Shown piece by piece: positions 47,042 through 57,518 of a stretch of DNA of 64,000 nt. Both the position numbers and the translations under genes were made by a program. Source of the DNA: Candidatus Rokuibacteriota bacterium (lineage in GTDB: Bacteria > Methylomirabilota > Methylomirabilia > Rokubacteriales > CSP1-6). Each line of letters opens with the position of its first letter. Position 1 is the stretch's first letter. The notes below the pieces were generated by a model. The model was not told where the DNA came from, did not search any database, and saw only the letters and a list, made by a program, of their open reading frames with translations. The stretch covers positions 7,983-71,982 of the forward strand of contig JACPDG010000051.1 in the NCBI GenBank assembly GCA_016184125.1, written 5' to 3'.

Positions 47042-47959
47042 ATGGCGGTCAACGACCCCGCCGCGGACACCGTCGACCTCGGTTGCGCATCCGCCGTGGA
47101 GCGGCGCTCGCCGCTCTGGCTGGTGCAGCTCGCGCGCCGCAAGATCACGCTCGCCGGTGCGGTGATCATGCTCGCGACGCTCGTGGTCGGCGTGCTCGCC
47201 CCGGTGATCGCGGGCAACCCGACGCAGATGGAGGTGCAGGCGCGGCTGTCGGCCCCGAGCCGCACGCACTGGTTCGGCACCGACGACGTCGGCCGTGACG
47301 TCTACAGCCGGGTCGTGTACGGCGCCCGGCTGTCGATCTTCGTGGGGGCCTGCGTCGTGCTGTTCTCGTTCGTGGTCGGCGTCACCTGCGGGCTCATCGC
47401 GGGCTTCTATCCGAGGCTCGACAACCTCGTCATGCGCCTGATGGACGGCCTCATGGCGTTTCCGGCGATCATCCTCGCCATCGCGCTCATGGCCTCCCTC
47501 GGTCCCAGCGTCGCGAACGTGATCATCGCCATCGGCATCGTGTACTCGCCGCGCGTCGCGCGGGTCGTCCGCGGCTCCGTGCTCGTGATCCGCGAGACCG
47601 CGTACGTCGAGGCGGCGCGCGCGCTCGGCGCCGCGGACGTCGTGCTCATGCTGCGTCACGTGCTCCCGAACTGCCTGTCGCCCGTGATCGTCCAGGCGAG
47701 CTTCGTGTTCGCCGCGGCGGTGCTCACCGAGGCCGCGCTGTCGTTCCTGGGCGTCGGCGTGCCGCCGTACGTCCCGAGCTGGGGGAACATCCTGTCCGAG
47801 GGGCGCCTCTACATCCAGCAGGCGCCCTGGCTCGTGCTCTACCCCGGCGGCGCGATCATGCTGACGATTTTCGGGCTCAACCTGTTCGGCGACGGGCTGC
47901 GCGACCTTCTCGATCCGAAGATCCGGGGCCTGCAGACGGAACGACAGCGCGCGGGCTGA
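47042..47959 (+). CDS. ABC peptide transporter permease (DppC-like)
   Basis: HWFGTDDVGRD, YVEAARALGA, NLFGDGLRDLLDP. Confidence 0.94.
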   Translation: MAVNDPAADTVDLGCASAVERRSPLWLVQLARRKITLAGAVIMLATLVVGVLAPVIAGNPTQMEVQARLSAPSRTHWFGTDDVGRDVYSRVVYGARLSIFVGACVVLFSFVVGVTCGLIAGFYPRLDNLVMRLMDGLMAFPAIILAIALMASLGPSVANVIIAIGIVYSPRVARVVRGSVLVIRETAYVEAARALGAADVVLMLRHVLPNCLSPVIVQASFVFAAAVLTEAALSFLGVGVPPYVPSWGNILSEGRLYIQQAPWLVLYPGGAIMLTIFGLNLFGDGLRDLLDPKIRGLQTERQRAG

Positions 47960-47968
47960 TCCGACCTC

Positions 47969-48041
47969 ATGGGGGGCCCCGACATGGCCCCCCAAACCCC
48001 CCAGCGCTCGGAGCCGTCCCGGGAAACCCGGGACGGCCCTC
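47969..48041 (+). repeat. G6/C6-hairpin repeat family 1, copy G
   Basis: ATGGGGGGCCCCGACATGGCCCCCCAAACCCCCCAGCGCTCGGAGCCGTCCCGGGAAACCCGGG. Confidence 0.88.
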
Positions 48042-48066
48042 GGCGCCGGAAGGAGGACGACAGAAG

Positions 48067-49689
48067 ATGCCACCGCATCGGAACGCCTACCGTCCGGTCG
48101 TCATGGGCACGCGCGGCGTCGTCACGTCCGCACACCCACTCGCCTCCATGGCCGGCATCCGCGCGCTGCTCGCCGGCGGCAACGCCGTGGATGCGGCCGT
48201 CGCCGTCGGTGCCGCGCTGAACGTCGTCGAGCCGTTCATGTCGGGCGCCGGCGGCATCGGCCTGATGCTCGTCTCGCGTGACGGGGGCCGCGAGCGCCAC
48301 GTCCTCGACTTCATCGGGCACGCGCCGGCCGCCGCAGACCGGACGCGGGTGACGGAAGACGAGATCGCCGGTGGGCCGAAGGCGTGCGCCACGCCCGGGA
48401 ACCTCGGCGGCTGGCTCGCCGCCCACGAGCGGTTCGGACGGCTGCCGCGCGCGACGGTGCTGGAGCCCGCGATCTCGATGGCCGAGCAGGGCGTGCCGCT
48501 CACGTGGAAGAACGTCGAGTTCTTCGAGAATGCCGGGCAGACGCTCGCGCGGTCGGCCGAAGCCGGTCGCCTCTATCTCGGCGATGGCGGCCCGCGACCC
48601 GGCAAGGTCGTGACGTACAGGGACCTCGCCCGAACGCTCCGTCAGGTCGCCGAGGGCGGCGCGGACGCGTTCTATCGCGGACCGATCGCGAAGGCCATCG
48701 CGGCAGCCGTGCGCGAGGCGGGCGGCTGGCTCGAGGAGGAGGACCTCGCGCGATTCGCACCGGTCTGGCGCGAGCCCGCGACGATCACCTACCGCGGCCA
48801 CGAGATCGCCTCGATGCCGCCGCCGTTCGCGGCGTTCCAGATGCTCGAGACGCTGAACGTCCTCGAGGGCTACGACCTGCGCGGGTGGGGGCACAACACC
48901 GTCGATGCGCTGCACCACCTCATCGAGGCGATCAAGCTCGCGTCGGCGGACCGTCTCGCGTACGCGTACACGCCCGACGTGCCGATCCGCGGGCTGCTGT
49001 CGAAGGCGTATGCGGCGTCGCAGCGCGCGCGCATCCGGAGCGACCGCGCGAGCGTGAGCGAGGGCGAGCGCTTCAACCGGGACACGCTCGCCGGGCAGAT
49101 CCGCGAGGGCCATCCGGCGCGCTTCGAGAACGAGCAGACGACGCACTTCGCCTGCGCCGACGCCGAGGGCACGGTGGTCTCGGTCACGCAGACGCTCGGC
49201 GTCCCGTTCGGCTCGGGCTTCGCCGTCCCGGGCACGGGCATCGTGCTCAACAACATTCTCAAGTGGATGGACCTGGACCCCGAGTCACCCAACGTGCTGA
49301 AGCCCGGGCGCAAGGCCGGCACGATGATGTCGCCGACGCAGGTCTATCGCGACGGCGGCTTCCTGCTGTCGATCGGCACGCCGGGCTCCTACGGGATCTT
49401 GCAGACGACGGCGCAGATGCTCCTGAACGTCCTCGAGTTCGGCCTCAACCTCCAGGAGGCGATCGAGGCGCCGCGCGCGCGCGTCTATCGCGACCGGGTG
49501 GTCGACGCGGAGTCACGCATCTCGCCGGACGTCCTCGACGGCCTGCGCCGTCGCGGTCACCAGGTGAACGTCATCGCCGACTGGTCGTGGATCGTGGGCG
49601 GCGGGCAGGGGATCATGCGCGATTCCGAGTCGGGCGCGCTGATGGGAGGCGCCGATCCGCGTCGCGACGGCTACGCGCTGGCGGTGTAG
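48067..49689 (+). CDS. ggt: Gamma-glutamyltransferase
   Basis: GGNAVDAAVA, TPGNLGGW, TTHF nucleophile, SVTQTL, GSGF, GTMMSP, GGADPRRDG. Confidence 0.94.
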   Translation: MPPHRNAYRPVVMGTRGVVTSAHPLASMAGIRALLAGGNAVDAAVAVGAALNVVEPFMSGAGGIGLMLVSRDGGRERHVLDFIGHAPAAADRTRVTEDEIAGGPKACATPGNLGGWLAAHERFGRLPRATVLEPAISMAEQGVPLTWKNVEFFENAGQTLARSAEAGRLYLGDGGPRPGKVVTYRDLARTLRQVAEGGADAFYRGPIAKAIAAAVREAGGWLEEEDLARFAPVWREPATITYRGHEIASMPPPFAAFQMLETLNVLEGYDLRGWGHNTVDALHHLIEAIKLASADRLAYAYTPDVPIRGLLSKAYAASQRARIRSDRASVSEGERFNRDTLAGQIREGHPARFENEQTTHFACADAEGTVVSVTQTLGVPFGSGFAVPGTGIVLNNILKWMDLDPESPNVLKPGRKAGTMMSPTQVYRDGGFLLSIGTPGSYGILQTTAQMLLNVLEFGLNLQEAIEAPRARVYRDRVVDAESRISPDVLDGLRRRGHQVNVIADWSWIVGGGQGIMRDSESGALMGGADPRRDGYALAV

Positions 49690-49724
49690 CTCCCCGCCGG
49701 CGCCGGCCGCGTCAGCTCGAGCTC

Positions 49725-50762
49725 TCAATCGACGCGGAAGATGAGATCTCTCGGCAGCTTCGTCACGCTCGTCTGACCGGACAGCCCCATCGCGGTCCAC
49801 AGCTCCTCGCGCAGGAGGTTGAGCGCGCGCGCGACCCCGGGAGCGCCCGCGGCCGCGAGGCCCCAGAGCACAGTGCGACCCACGGCCACGACCGTCGCGC
49901 CCCGGGCGAGCCCCTTGAGGATGTCCGTGCCGCGGCAGAACCCGCCGTCGACCACGATGTCCGCCGCGCCACCGACGGCGTCGACGATCGGGGGCAGCGC
50001 GTCGATCGAGGCCTGCGTCGAGTCGAGCTGGCGTCCTCCGTGGTTCGACACCCACACGAGCCTCACGCCGTGCTCGACGGCCCGGCGCGCGTCGCGCACG
50101 GTCATGATGCCCTTGAGGCCGATCGGCAGCTTGGTCGTCTTCCGCAGCCAGTCGACGTCGTCCCACGTGAGCCGCGCCTGGTAGCTCGGATCGGGGCCGC
50201 GCGGGGCCGGCGCGATGGACATCGCGTCACGGGGGTTCCAGTCCGCGGCGATGTCACGCTCGCGGCGCCCGTAGAGCGCGACGTCGGCGGTCAGCACGAC
50301 GGAGCCGTATCCCGACGCTTCGACGCGCGCGAGCAGGTCCGCGACCCAGCCACGGTCGCCGTGGTGGTAGAGCTGGAACATCTTGTTCGGGCCCGGGTTG
50401 GCCGCGGCGACGTCTTCCACGGGCCACCCGGCCGCGCCCGACAGGAACTGCAGCGTGCCGGCGAGCGCCGCGCCGCGCGCCATCTCGACGTCGCCCTCCG
50501 GGTGGAACAGCACGAGCCCGCCCATCGGCGCGATCGCGACCGGCCACTCGAGCCGGGTGCCGAGCAGCGTCGTCGACAGGTCGATCTCGCGCACGTCCGC
50601 GAGGACGTGCTGCCGGATCGCGAGCCGGCCCAGTCCCCGGCGATTGCGGCGGAGCGTCGTCTCCGTCTCGGCACCGCCGTCGCCGAAGTTCCACACCTCT
50701 CGGGGGAGCTGCTCGCGCGCGGCGCGCCGGATGTCGGGCAGGGTCGGGAATCGAGGGGTCAT
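49725..50762 (-). CDS. FMN-dependent alpha-hydroxy acid oxidase/dehydrogenase
   Basis: IAPMG, SNHGGRQ, VDGG, AVGRTVLWGL. Confidence 0.92.
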   Translation of the reverse strand: MTPRFPTLPDIRRAAREQLPREVWNFGDGGAETETTLRRNRRGLGRLAIRQHVLADVREIDLSTTLLGTRLEWPVAIAPMGGLVLFHPEGDVEMARGAALAGTLQFLSGAAGWPVEDVAAANPGPNKMFQLYHHGDRGWVADLLARVEASGYGSVVLTADVALYGRRERDIAADWNPRDAMSIAPAPRGPDPSYQARLTWDDVDWLRKTTKLPIGLKGIMTVRDARRAVEHGVRLVWVSNHGGRQLDSTQASIDALPPIVDAVGGAADIVVDGGFCRGTDILKGLARGATVVAVGRTVLWGLAAAGAPGVARALNLLREELWTAMGLSGQTSVTKLPRDLIFRVD

Positions 50763-50790
50763 CGGGCTGTCTCCTCTGCCGGCGCCGCGA

Positions 50791-52224
50791 TCACGAAGCG
50801 ACCGGGGGCTTTCGGTCGAACCAGGGGCGCGCCGCTTCGAGCTGGGATCCGAGCCGGAAGAGGGTGGCTTCGTCTCCGTAGCGTGCGACGAGCTGCACCG
50901 ATACAGGGAAGCCGCCCGCCGTGGCGGACAGCGGCAGCACCAGGGCCGGCTGTCCCGTGATGTTGAACCACACGGTGAACGGCGAGAACGCGAACACGCG
51001 GTGCCAGTACTCGTGTACGTCCTCCATCATCATGTCGAGCCAGCCGAGGTGCGGTGGGAGCGTCGCGAGCGCGGGCATCACCAGCACGTTCCAGGAGGCG
51101 TGGAACGCCGCCATCCGCCGGCCGAGCCGGTGCGCGGCCTGGGTCGCGCGGACGTAGTCGGGACCGGTCACCTTCTCGCCGAGCTTGCCGGTCGCGTACG
51201 TGACGCGCTCCACCTCGCCGGGCTGCGGCGGGCGCCCCTTCGCCGGATGGCTCGCGAGGTTCACGACCGTGTTCGCCGACGCGAGGGTCATGAACGTCGG
51301 GACGACCGCGGCGCGGTCGATCTCCGGGTTCGCCTCGTCCACCTCGTGCCCGAGGTCTGCGCAGAGCTTCGCGGCCTCGTCGAGCGCGCGGAGGCTGTCC
51401 GACTCGACGGCGGCGCCGTTCGGCGCGAGCTTCGTGAACGCGATGCGCAGCCGTCCGGGGTCCGCGCCGACCTCGCGCAGGAACGGCCGCGCGGGCGGCG
51501 GGGCGGCGTACGGGTCGCCGGGGCCCGCGCCCGCGGTCGCGTCGAGGAGCGCGGCCGTGTCACGCACGGTCAGCGTGACCGCGTGCTCCGTCGAGAGGCC
51601 GCCGAGCCCTTCGCCCGCGTAGGGCGCGAGCGTGTTGCGGGCGCGCGTCGGCTTGAGACCGACGAGCCCGCAGCACGACGCGGGCGCGCGGATCGACCCG
51701 AAGCCGTCGGACGCGTGGGCCATGGGCAGCATGCGCGCGCCGACCGCGGCTGCGGCGCCACCGCTCGAGCCGCCGGAGATCCGCCCGGTGTCCCACGGGC
51801 TCCTCGTCGGCCCGTAGAGCTGCGGCTCGCACGTCAGGGAGAGGCCGAGCTCACACGAGTTCGTGCGGCCGAAGAACACGAGCCCCGCGGCCTTCAGGCG
51901 CCGCACGTGCTCGCTGTCCTGCGCCACGGGCGGCGTGTCGGCGAAGAACCGCGAGCCGCGCGTGACGCGCTCACCGGCGAGCCAGCCGCCGAGGTCCTTC
52001 AGGAGATACGGCACGCCGCGGAACGGACCATCCGGCAGCCCCGCGCCGATGGCCTTCCGGCCGTAGTCGTACATCTTCATCACGACGGCGTTGACGGCGG
52101 GGTTGCGGGCCTCGACCCGCTCGATCGCGGCCTCGAGCAGGGCTTCGGGCGTGATCTGGCGGGTGCGGACGAGCTCGGCGAGGCCGAGCCCGTCGTAGTT
52201 CTCGTACTCGGCGAATCGGCTCAC
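50791..52224 (-). CDS. Amidase signature family protein
   Basis: [31 protein letters not shown]. Confidence 0.94.
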   Translation of the reverse strand: MSRFAEYENYDGLGLAELVRTRQITPEALLEAAIERVEARNPAVNAVVMKMYDYGRKAIGAGLPDGPFRGVPYLLKDLGGWLAGERVTRGSRFFADTPPVAQDSEHVRRLKAAGLVFFGRTNSCELGLSLTCEPQLYGPTRSPWDTGRISGGSSGGAAAAVGARMLPMAHASDGFGSIRAPASCCGLVGLKPTRARNTLAPYAGEGLGGLSTEHAVTLTVRDTAALLDATAGAGPGDPYAAPPPARPFLREVGADPGRLRIAFTKLAPNGAAVESDSLRALDEAAKLCADLGHEVDEANPEIDRAAVVPTFMTLASANTVVNLASHPAKGRPPQPGEVERVTYATGKLGEKVTGPDYVRATQAAHRLGRRMAAFHASWNVLVMPALATLPPHLGWLDMMMEDVHEYWHRVFAFSPFTVWFNITGQPALVLPLSATAGGFPVSVQLVARYGDEATLFRLGSQLEAARPWFDRKPPVAS

Positions 52225-52371
52225 GGTCGTTCTCCTTGGCCGTGCATGCGTGGGCTTCCGACCGTCGTGGCGCCACGCGGGCGCCGAGCGGTGCGCCGCA
52301 TCATACCGCCACTGCCCGCGTCGCCGCGAGTTTCACGCCAGCGCCGCGGGATCGCGGCCGACGCTGCGGAG

Positions 52372-52851
52372 ATGGACCTGCTCCGGCGCGCGCAGCAGCA
52401 GGCCGGCCAGGGGCGAGGCCAGATCGTGGCGGTTGTGGGAGAGCCGGGCGTCGGGAAGAGCCGGCTCTACTACGAGTTCACACGCTCGCACCACACCGAG
52501 GGCTGGTCCGTTCTCGAGGCGGGGTCGGTGTCGTACGGCAAGGCCACGTCCTATCTGCCGGTCATCGAGCTGTTGAAGGGGTACTTCAAGATCCACGATC
52601 GCGACACGCATCGGGAGATCAGGGAGAAGGTGGCCGGCAAGGTCCTGATGCTGGACCGCGCGCTGGCGGAAGAATGTGGCATGCGACCGCTCCTCGCGCA
52701 CTGCGACGCCGGCCTCGCGAAGCTCCATCGCCGAACCGGCGACCACGACGAGGCCCACCAGCACCGCGAGCGCGCGAGCACGCTGTACCGCGAGATGGCC
52801 ATGACGTACTGGCTGGAGAGAGCGGAGAAGGAGTTCGACGCGGCGGTGTGA
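52372..52851 (+). pseudogene. Internally deleted remnant of an adenylate/guanylate cyclase-AAA-TPR protein
   Basis: GEPGVGKSRL Walker A followed ~75 aa later by the terminal TPR helix AEECGMRPLLAHC...YREMAMTYWL. Confidence 0.7.
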
Positions 52852-52996
52852 AGCGGCATCGCCTCGGCGGTACGGCGGTGTGGCAGGCGCCGCACCTGTC
52901 AGCCACGCAACACGCTCGGCATTCCGCCCGGCCTGCGCGATGATGGGGCGGCAGCGCTCGTGGCGCAGCACGATCACCCGCAACCTGGAGGCCCGC

Positions 52997-55369
52997 ATGT
53001 CCGCCTCGCTCACCCGTCGCGATCTCGAGAACGCGCTCCCCGACGTCAGTAGCAGCCTGAAGCTCGCCGGCCTGAAGGGCGGCGTGGACATCTGGCGTGA
53101 CGCGCAGGGCATCCCGCACGTGAAGGCGGAGTCGACGCACGACGCGTTCCTCGCGCAGGGCTTCGTGCACGCGCAGGACCGCCTCTGGCAGATGGCGTAC
53201 GACCGTCGCCGCGCGTACGGGCGGTGGGCGGAGTGCGCGGGACGGGACGCGCTCGCGCAGGACGTGCAGATGCGGCGGTTCCGCCTCGAGGTCTCATCGC
53301 GCGCCGACTACGACGCCGCGAGCGCCGAGACGAAGGCGATGCTCGACGCGTACGCGGCCGGCGTGAACGCGTTCATCGCGACCACGAAGGCGCTCCCCGT
53401 CGAGTTTCGGCTCGCGGGCGTGCAGGCGGAGCCGTGGCGCCCCTGGGACAGCTCCGCCGTCTACAAGGTGCGCCATGTGTTGATGGGGCTCTGGCAAACG
53501 AAGGCGTGGCGCGCCCGTCTCGTGCGGCACCTCGGCGCCGCGCGCGCCGCGGAGCTGTGTCCGGGCACGCAGCCGAACCCGATGCTCATCGTGCCGCCGG
53601 GTGTCGAGTGGACCGGGCCGCCGGCGAACGGCATCGCGGAGCTGACCGAGGCGGAGGCCGCGCTCGCGTTCCTGCCGGAGTGGGAGAACGGCAGCAACAA
53701 CTGGGCGGTGGCGGGACGGCGGACCGCGTCGGGCAAGCCGCTCGTCGCCGGCGATCCGCACCGGCCGCTCGACGTGCCGAACGTCTACTACCAGAACCAC
53801 GTCGCGTGCCCCGAGTTCGACGTGATCGGGCTCAGCTTCGCGGGCGTGCCCGGCTTCCCGCACTTCGGGCACAACCGCTCGGTCGCGTGGTGCGTCACGC
53901 ACACGAGCGCGGACTACCAGGATCTCTACATCGAGCGCTTCCAGCCGGGCGACCCGGGCCGGTACGAGTTCAAGGGCGAGTGGCGCGAGGCGCGGACGAC
54001 ACGGGAGACGATCCGCGTGCGTGGCGAGGACGCCGTCGAGATCGAGGTCACCGAGACGCACCACGGCCCGGTCGTGCTCGGCGATCCGAGGAGCGGGTAC
54101 GCGATGAGCTTCCGCTACACCGCGACCGCGGAGCCGAACCGGACGTTCGAGGCGCTGCTGCCGATGCTGCGCGCCTCGACGGCCGCCGAGATCGAGGCCG
54201 CGATGCGGCCGTGGGTCGATCCGGTGAACAACTTCGTCTTCGCCGATGTGCACGGCGCGATCGGCTACAAGACGCGCGGGCAGGTCCCGGTGAGGTCCAG
54301 GGCGAACGCCTGGGTGCCGGTGCCTGGCTGGGACGGCGCGCACGAGTGGCAGGGGATGGTGCCGTTCGAGGAGATGCCGGTGGTGCGCGATCCGGAGACG
54401 GGATGGGTGGCGACCGCGAACAGCAAGGTCGTAGGCCCGGACTACCCCCACTACATCAGTCTGGATTTCGCGCCGGACTTCCGGACGCGGCGGCTCGTGC
54501 ATCACCTGAGCGCGCTCGAGCACGCGACGGTCGACGACATGGCGGCGATCCACGCCGATCGGGTCTCCATCCCCGCGCGCGAGCTCGTCGACATCCTGCG
54601 GTACCTCTCACCGGCGGAGCCGCGCGCGAAGGCCGCGGTCGACCTCCTGCGCGGGTGGGACGGCACGATGGACGCCGACGGGGTGGCGCCCGCGATCTAC
54701 AGCGTGTTCCGCGAGCACCTCATGCGTGACCTCATGGCGCCCATCCTCGGTCCGCTGTCGAGCGAGGCCTTCGCCGGCGCGCCGCGCGGCGCCGTCACGC
54801 ACATGACGCGGCTGCGCGCCCGGCTCACCGAGCTCATCCGTGCGGACGACTCGACGCTCCTGCCCGACGGCGCCTCCTGGCCGGCGATGCTCGAGCGCGC
54901 GCTCACCGGCGCGGTCAGCGAGCTGACGGACCTGCTCGGCCCGGACACCACGGCGTGGCGCTGGGGCGCGATCCACACGACGCAGCCCCGCCACACGCTG
55001 TCGTCCGCGTTCCCCGAGTCGGCGTCGCTGCTCGATCCTCCGTCCGTCGAGATGGGCGGCGACGGCGACACGGTGCAGGCCGGGTCGTTCATCTCGGGCC
55101 GCCCGCAGGAAGGCCCCTCGGGCCGCCCGCAGGAAGGCCCCTCGGGCGCGGGCTACGGCCTCACCTCGACGTCGGTCGCGCGCTACGTCTTCGACCTCGG
55201 CGACTGGGAGCGGAGCGCCTGGGTGGTGCCGCTCGGCAGCTCCGGGCATCCGGGGAGCGAGCACTACGCGGACCAGGTCGAGGCGTGGTCCCGGCTCACG
55301 CTGCTGCCGATGCGCTACGACTGGGCGAGGATCGCGCGCGAGGCGGCCGCGCACCAGAGCCTCGACTGA
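52997..55369 (+). CDS. Penicillin acylase family Ntn-hydrolase, no signal peptide seen
   Basis: RDAQGIPH, QGFVHAQDRLWQM, GSNNWAV nucleophile, AGDPH. Confidence 0.93.
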   Translation: MSASLTRRDLENALPDVSSSLKLAGLKGGVDIWRDAQGIPHVKAESTHDAFLAQGFVHAQDRLWQMAYDRRRAYGRWAECAGRDALAQDVQMRRFRLEVSSRADYDAASAETKAMLDAYAAGVNAFIATTKALPVEFRLAGVQAEPWRPWDSSAVYKVRHVLMGLWQTKAWRARLVRHLGAARAAELCPGTQPNPMLIVPPGVEWTGPPANGIAELTEAEAALAFLPEWENGSNNWAVAGRRTASGKPLVAGDPHRPLDVPNVYYQNHVACPEFDVIGLSFAGVPGFPHFGHNRSVAWCVTHTSADYQDLYIERFQPGDPGRYEFKGEWREARTTRETIRVRGEDAVEIEVTETHHGPVVLGDPRSGYAMSFRYTATAEPNRTFEALLPMLRASTAAEIEAAMRPWVDPVNNFVFADVHGAIGYKTRGQVPVRSRANAWVPVPGWDGAHEWQGMVPFEEMPVVRDPETGWVATANSKVVGPDYPHYISLDFAPDFRTRRLVHHLSALEHATVDDMAAIHADRVSIPARELVDILRYLSPAEPRAKAAVDLLRGWDGTMDADGVAPAIYSVFREHLMRDLMAPILGPLSSEAFAGAPRGAVTHMTRLRARLTELIRADDSTLLPDGASWPAMLERALTGAVSELTDLLGPDTTAWRWGAIHTTQPRHTLSSAFPESASLLDPPSVEMGGDGDTVQAGSFISGRPQEGPSGRPQEGPSGAGYGLTSTSVARYVFDLGDWERSAWVVPLGSSGHPGSEHYADQVEAWSRLTLLPMRYDWARIAREAAAHQSLD
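55094..55147 (+). repeat. 2 x 24-bp in-frame tandem insertion (RPQEGPSG x2)
   Basis: TCGGGC-CGCCCGCAGGAAGGCCCC-TCGGGC-CGCCCGCAGGAAGGCCCC-TCGGGC. Confidence 0.9.
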
Positions 55370-55376
55370 CTTCTTC

Positions 55377-55473
55377 ATTGGGGGGACTACCGAAGCCCCC
55401 CAAGCCCCCCACGCTCGGAGGCGGCCTGGGGAACCCGGGCCGCCCCTCGGGGACCCGATTCGTTCACGGGCCC
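55377..55473 (+). repeat. G6/C6-hairpin repeat family 1, copy H
   Basis: ATTGGGGGGACTACCGAAGCCCCCCAAGCCCCCCACGCTCGGAG...GATTCGTTCACGG. Confidence 0.88.
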
Positions 55474-55693
55474 TGACCGTCCCAAGACGAGCCGACGCCG
55501 CAACGCGTATCTACCGGAATTTGTTGTAGGCAGATGGCCGGCTCCGACGCCTTCCGTCGATGTCCTGGGGAACGAGTGAACGAGTGTCTGTGACGCCAGT
55601 TGGTAGTGGTCCTCTCCCAGGCGTCCCCCGCGGCTCTGGCGTATCCATCTTTGGGCATTGTCGGCATATGCAGGGTGCGCCTATGTCGCTGCT

Positions 55694-57190
55694 ATGTCCC
55701 TCAGCACCGGCGACTACCGGCCACGCGACGCCGAGCACGCTGTGCTGTACCGCGTGATCGACGAGCACCTCGACGCCTTCCTCGACACGGCCAGGCGTCA
55801 CGCGGACGGCGCCCCGCTGCCCGCATTCGTGGAGCAAGAGTTCCGAGACTTCCTGACGTGCGGCGTGCTGGCGCACGGCTTCGCGCGCCTGCGCTGCACC
55901 GACTGCGCGCTCGAACGGCTCGTGCCGTTCTCGTGCAAGGGCCGGGGCTTCTGCCCGAGCTGTGGTGGCCGGCGCATGACGGAGTGCGCCGCCCGCCAGG
56001 TCGACGAGGTGCTGCCGCGGGTGCCCGTGCGCCAGTGGGTGCTGAGCCTGCCGTACCGGCTGCGCTATCTGCTGGCGTGGGATCACGCGCTCGCGCGCGC
56101 GGTGCTCGGCGTGTACGTGCGTGTGTTGCTCGGCTTCCAGCGCCAGCGCGCGCGACGCTACGGAATCTGCGACGGGCGGTCGGGCTCGGTGACGGTGATC
56201 CAGCGCTTCGGGGGCGGACTCAATCTGAACGGCCACTACCACACGCTGCTGTTCGACGGCGTCTTCTTCGCCGATCGCGCGAATGACGCGCTCGATTTCC
56301 GGCCCTTGCCGCCGCCGACGGACGAGGAGGTTGGGCATGTGCTCGCACGGATCGCCGTGCGGGTGCAGCGCCTGCTCAAGCGCCGCTGGCTCGATCCCTG
56401 CGACACCGACATGTGCCAGGCCGATCCGGTGGTCGAAGAATCTCCCGTGCTCGCCGGTATCAGCAGCGCCTCGATCCAGGGGCGCATCGCGCTCGGTCCG
56501 CGCGCGGGGGCGCGGGTGTGGCGCGTCGGGGCCGATCCCGACGCGCCCTGGGTACTCTCGACAGCGCCGAGGCACGCGCACCTCGCGGGCTTCGATCTGC
56601 ACGCCAACGTCGACGCGCCGGCCTCGGATCGCACACGGCTGGAGCAGCTGTGCCGCTATCTGCTCCGGCCGGCGGTGGCGCAGGACCGGCTGCGACTCCT
56701 CGACGATGGCCGCATCGTGCTCACGCTGAAGACGGCGTGGGCGGACGGCACCCGGCAGCTCCTGTTCGAGCCGCTGGAACTGCTCGAGAAGCTGGCCGCG
56801 CTCATCCCGCGGCCGCGGATCAATCTGGTGCTCTACCACGGCGTGCTCGCGCCGCATTCCGGCTGGCGCGCCCGCGTGGTCGCCCATGGCGCGCCGCCGG
56901 CGGAAGCGCCGGTGGTCGCGAGCGCTGCACCCGAGGCGGACGACGAGCCGACGACGGCGCCGGTCGTTCGCTACTGGGCGTGGGCCGATCTGATGCGGCG
57001 CGCATTTGACATCGACGTGCTGGCATGCCCGCGCTGCGGTGGACGCCTGCGATTGATCGCCACGGTCGAAGCCCCCGACGCGATTCGCGCCATCCTCGGA
57101 GCTCTCGCCGAGTCAGAGGGGCTCGTGGGCCGGGCGCCGCCGCCCGTGCCGGCGCTCAACGCCAGCCAGGCGGCGGCGACCGGGGCCTGA
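55694..57190 (+). mobile_element. IS91-family / ISCR-type rolling-circle (HUH) transposase
   Basis: CGVLAHGFARLRC...SCKGRGFCPSC zinc domain, RQWVLSLP, QRFG..LNLNGHYH HUH, LCRYLLRPAV, C-terminal CPRCGG. Confidence 0.92.
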
Positions 57191-57322
57191 GCGCCCGCCA
57201 TCCGACCCCGCGCTCGCCGGGGTCTGCTCGCTCGCGTCCTGGCGCGGTTCCATCCCCTGGTCCCGCGCCCCGTTGCCCGGCAGAGAATCCCCTTGACATG
57301 GCGGTTGTCCGCGCTGTAGGTG

Positions 57323-57427
57323 GGGGGCGGACGCGAGAACCGGGGGCGGACGCGAGAACCGGGGGCGGACGCGAGAACCGGGGGCGGACGCGAGAACCGG
57401 GGGCGGACGCGAGAACCGGGGGCGGAC
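57323..57427 (+). repeat. 19-bp tandem array, 5 full units plus a partial unit
   Basis: GGGGGCGGACGCGAGAACC at 57323, 57342, 57361, 57380, 57399; no spacers. Confidence 0.95.
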
Positions 57428-57518
57428 CCGGGACCCGGCGCGGAGGGGCGGGGTGCTGAGAAGGCGCGTTCCGTCAACCAGGGCCTTTATCCCGTCTACG
57501 CTCACCCTGGAGGTGACG

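Noticed and set aside
47969-48220. 83-aa ORF starting at the repeat's ATG
   Set aside because: Derived from repeat copy G and out of frame over ggt
55377-57190. IS91/ISCR transposase as the mobiliser of the G6/C6 repeats
   Set aside because: Only one copy is adjacent and no shared end sequence is visible; proximity alone is weak evidence
57323-57427. Possible CRISPR array
   Set aside because: Identical units directly abut with no unique spacers; no cas genes
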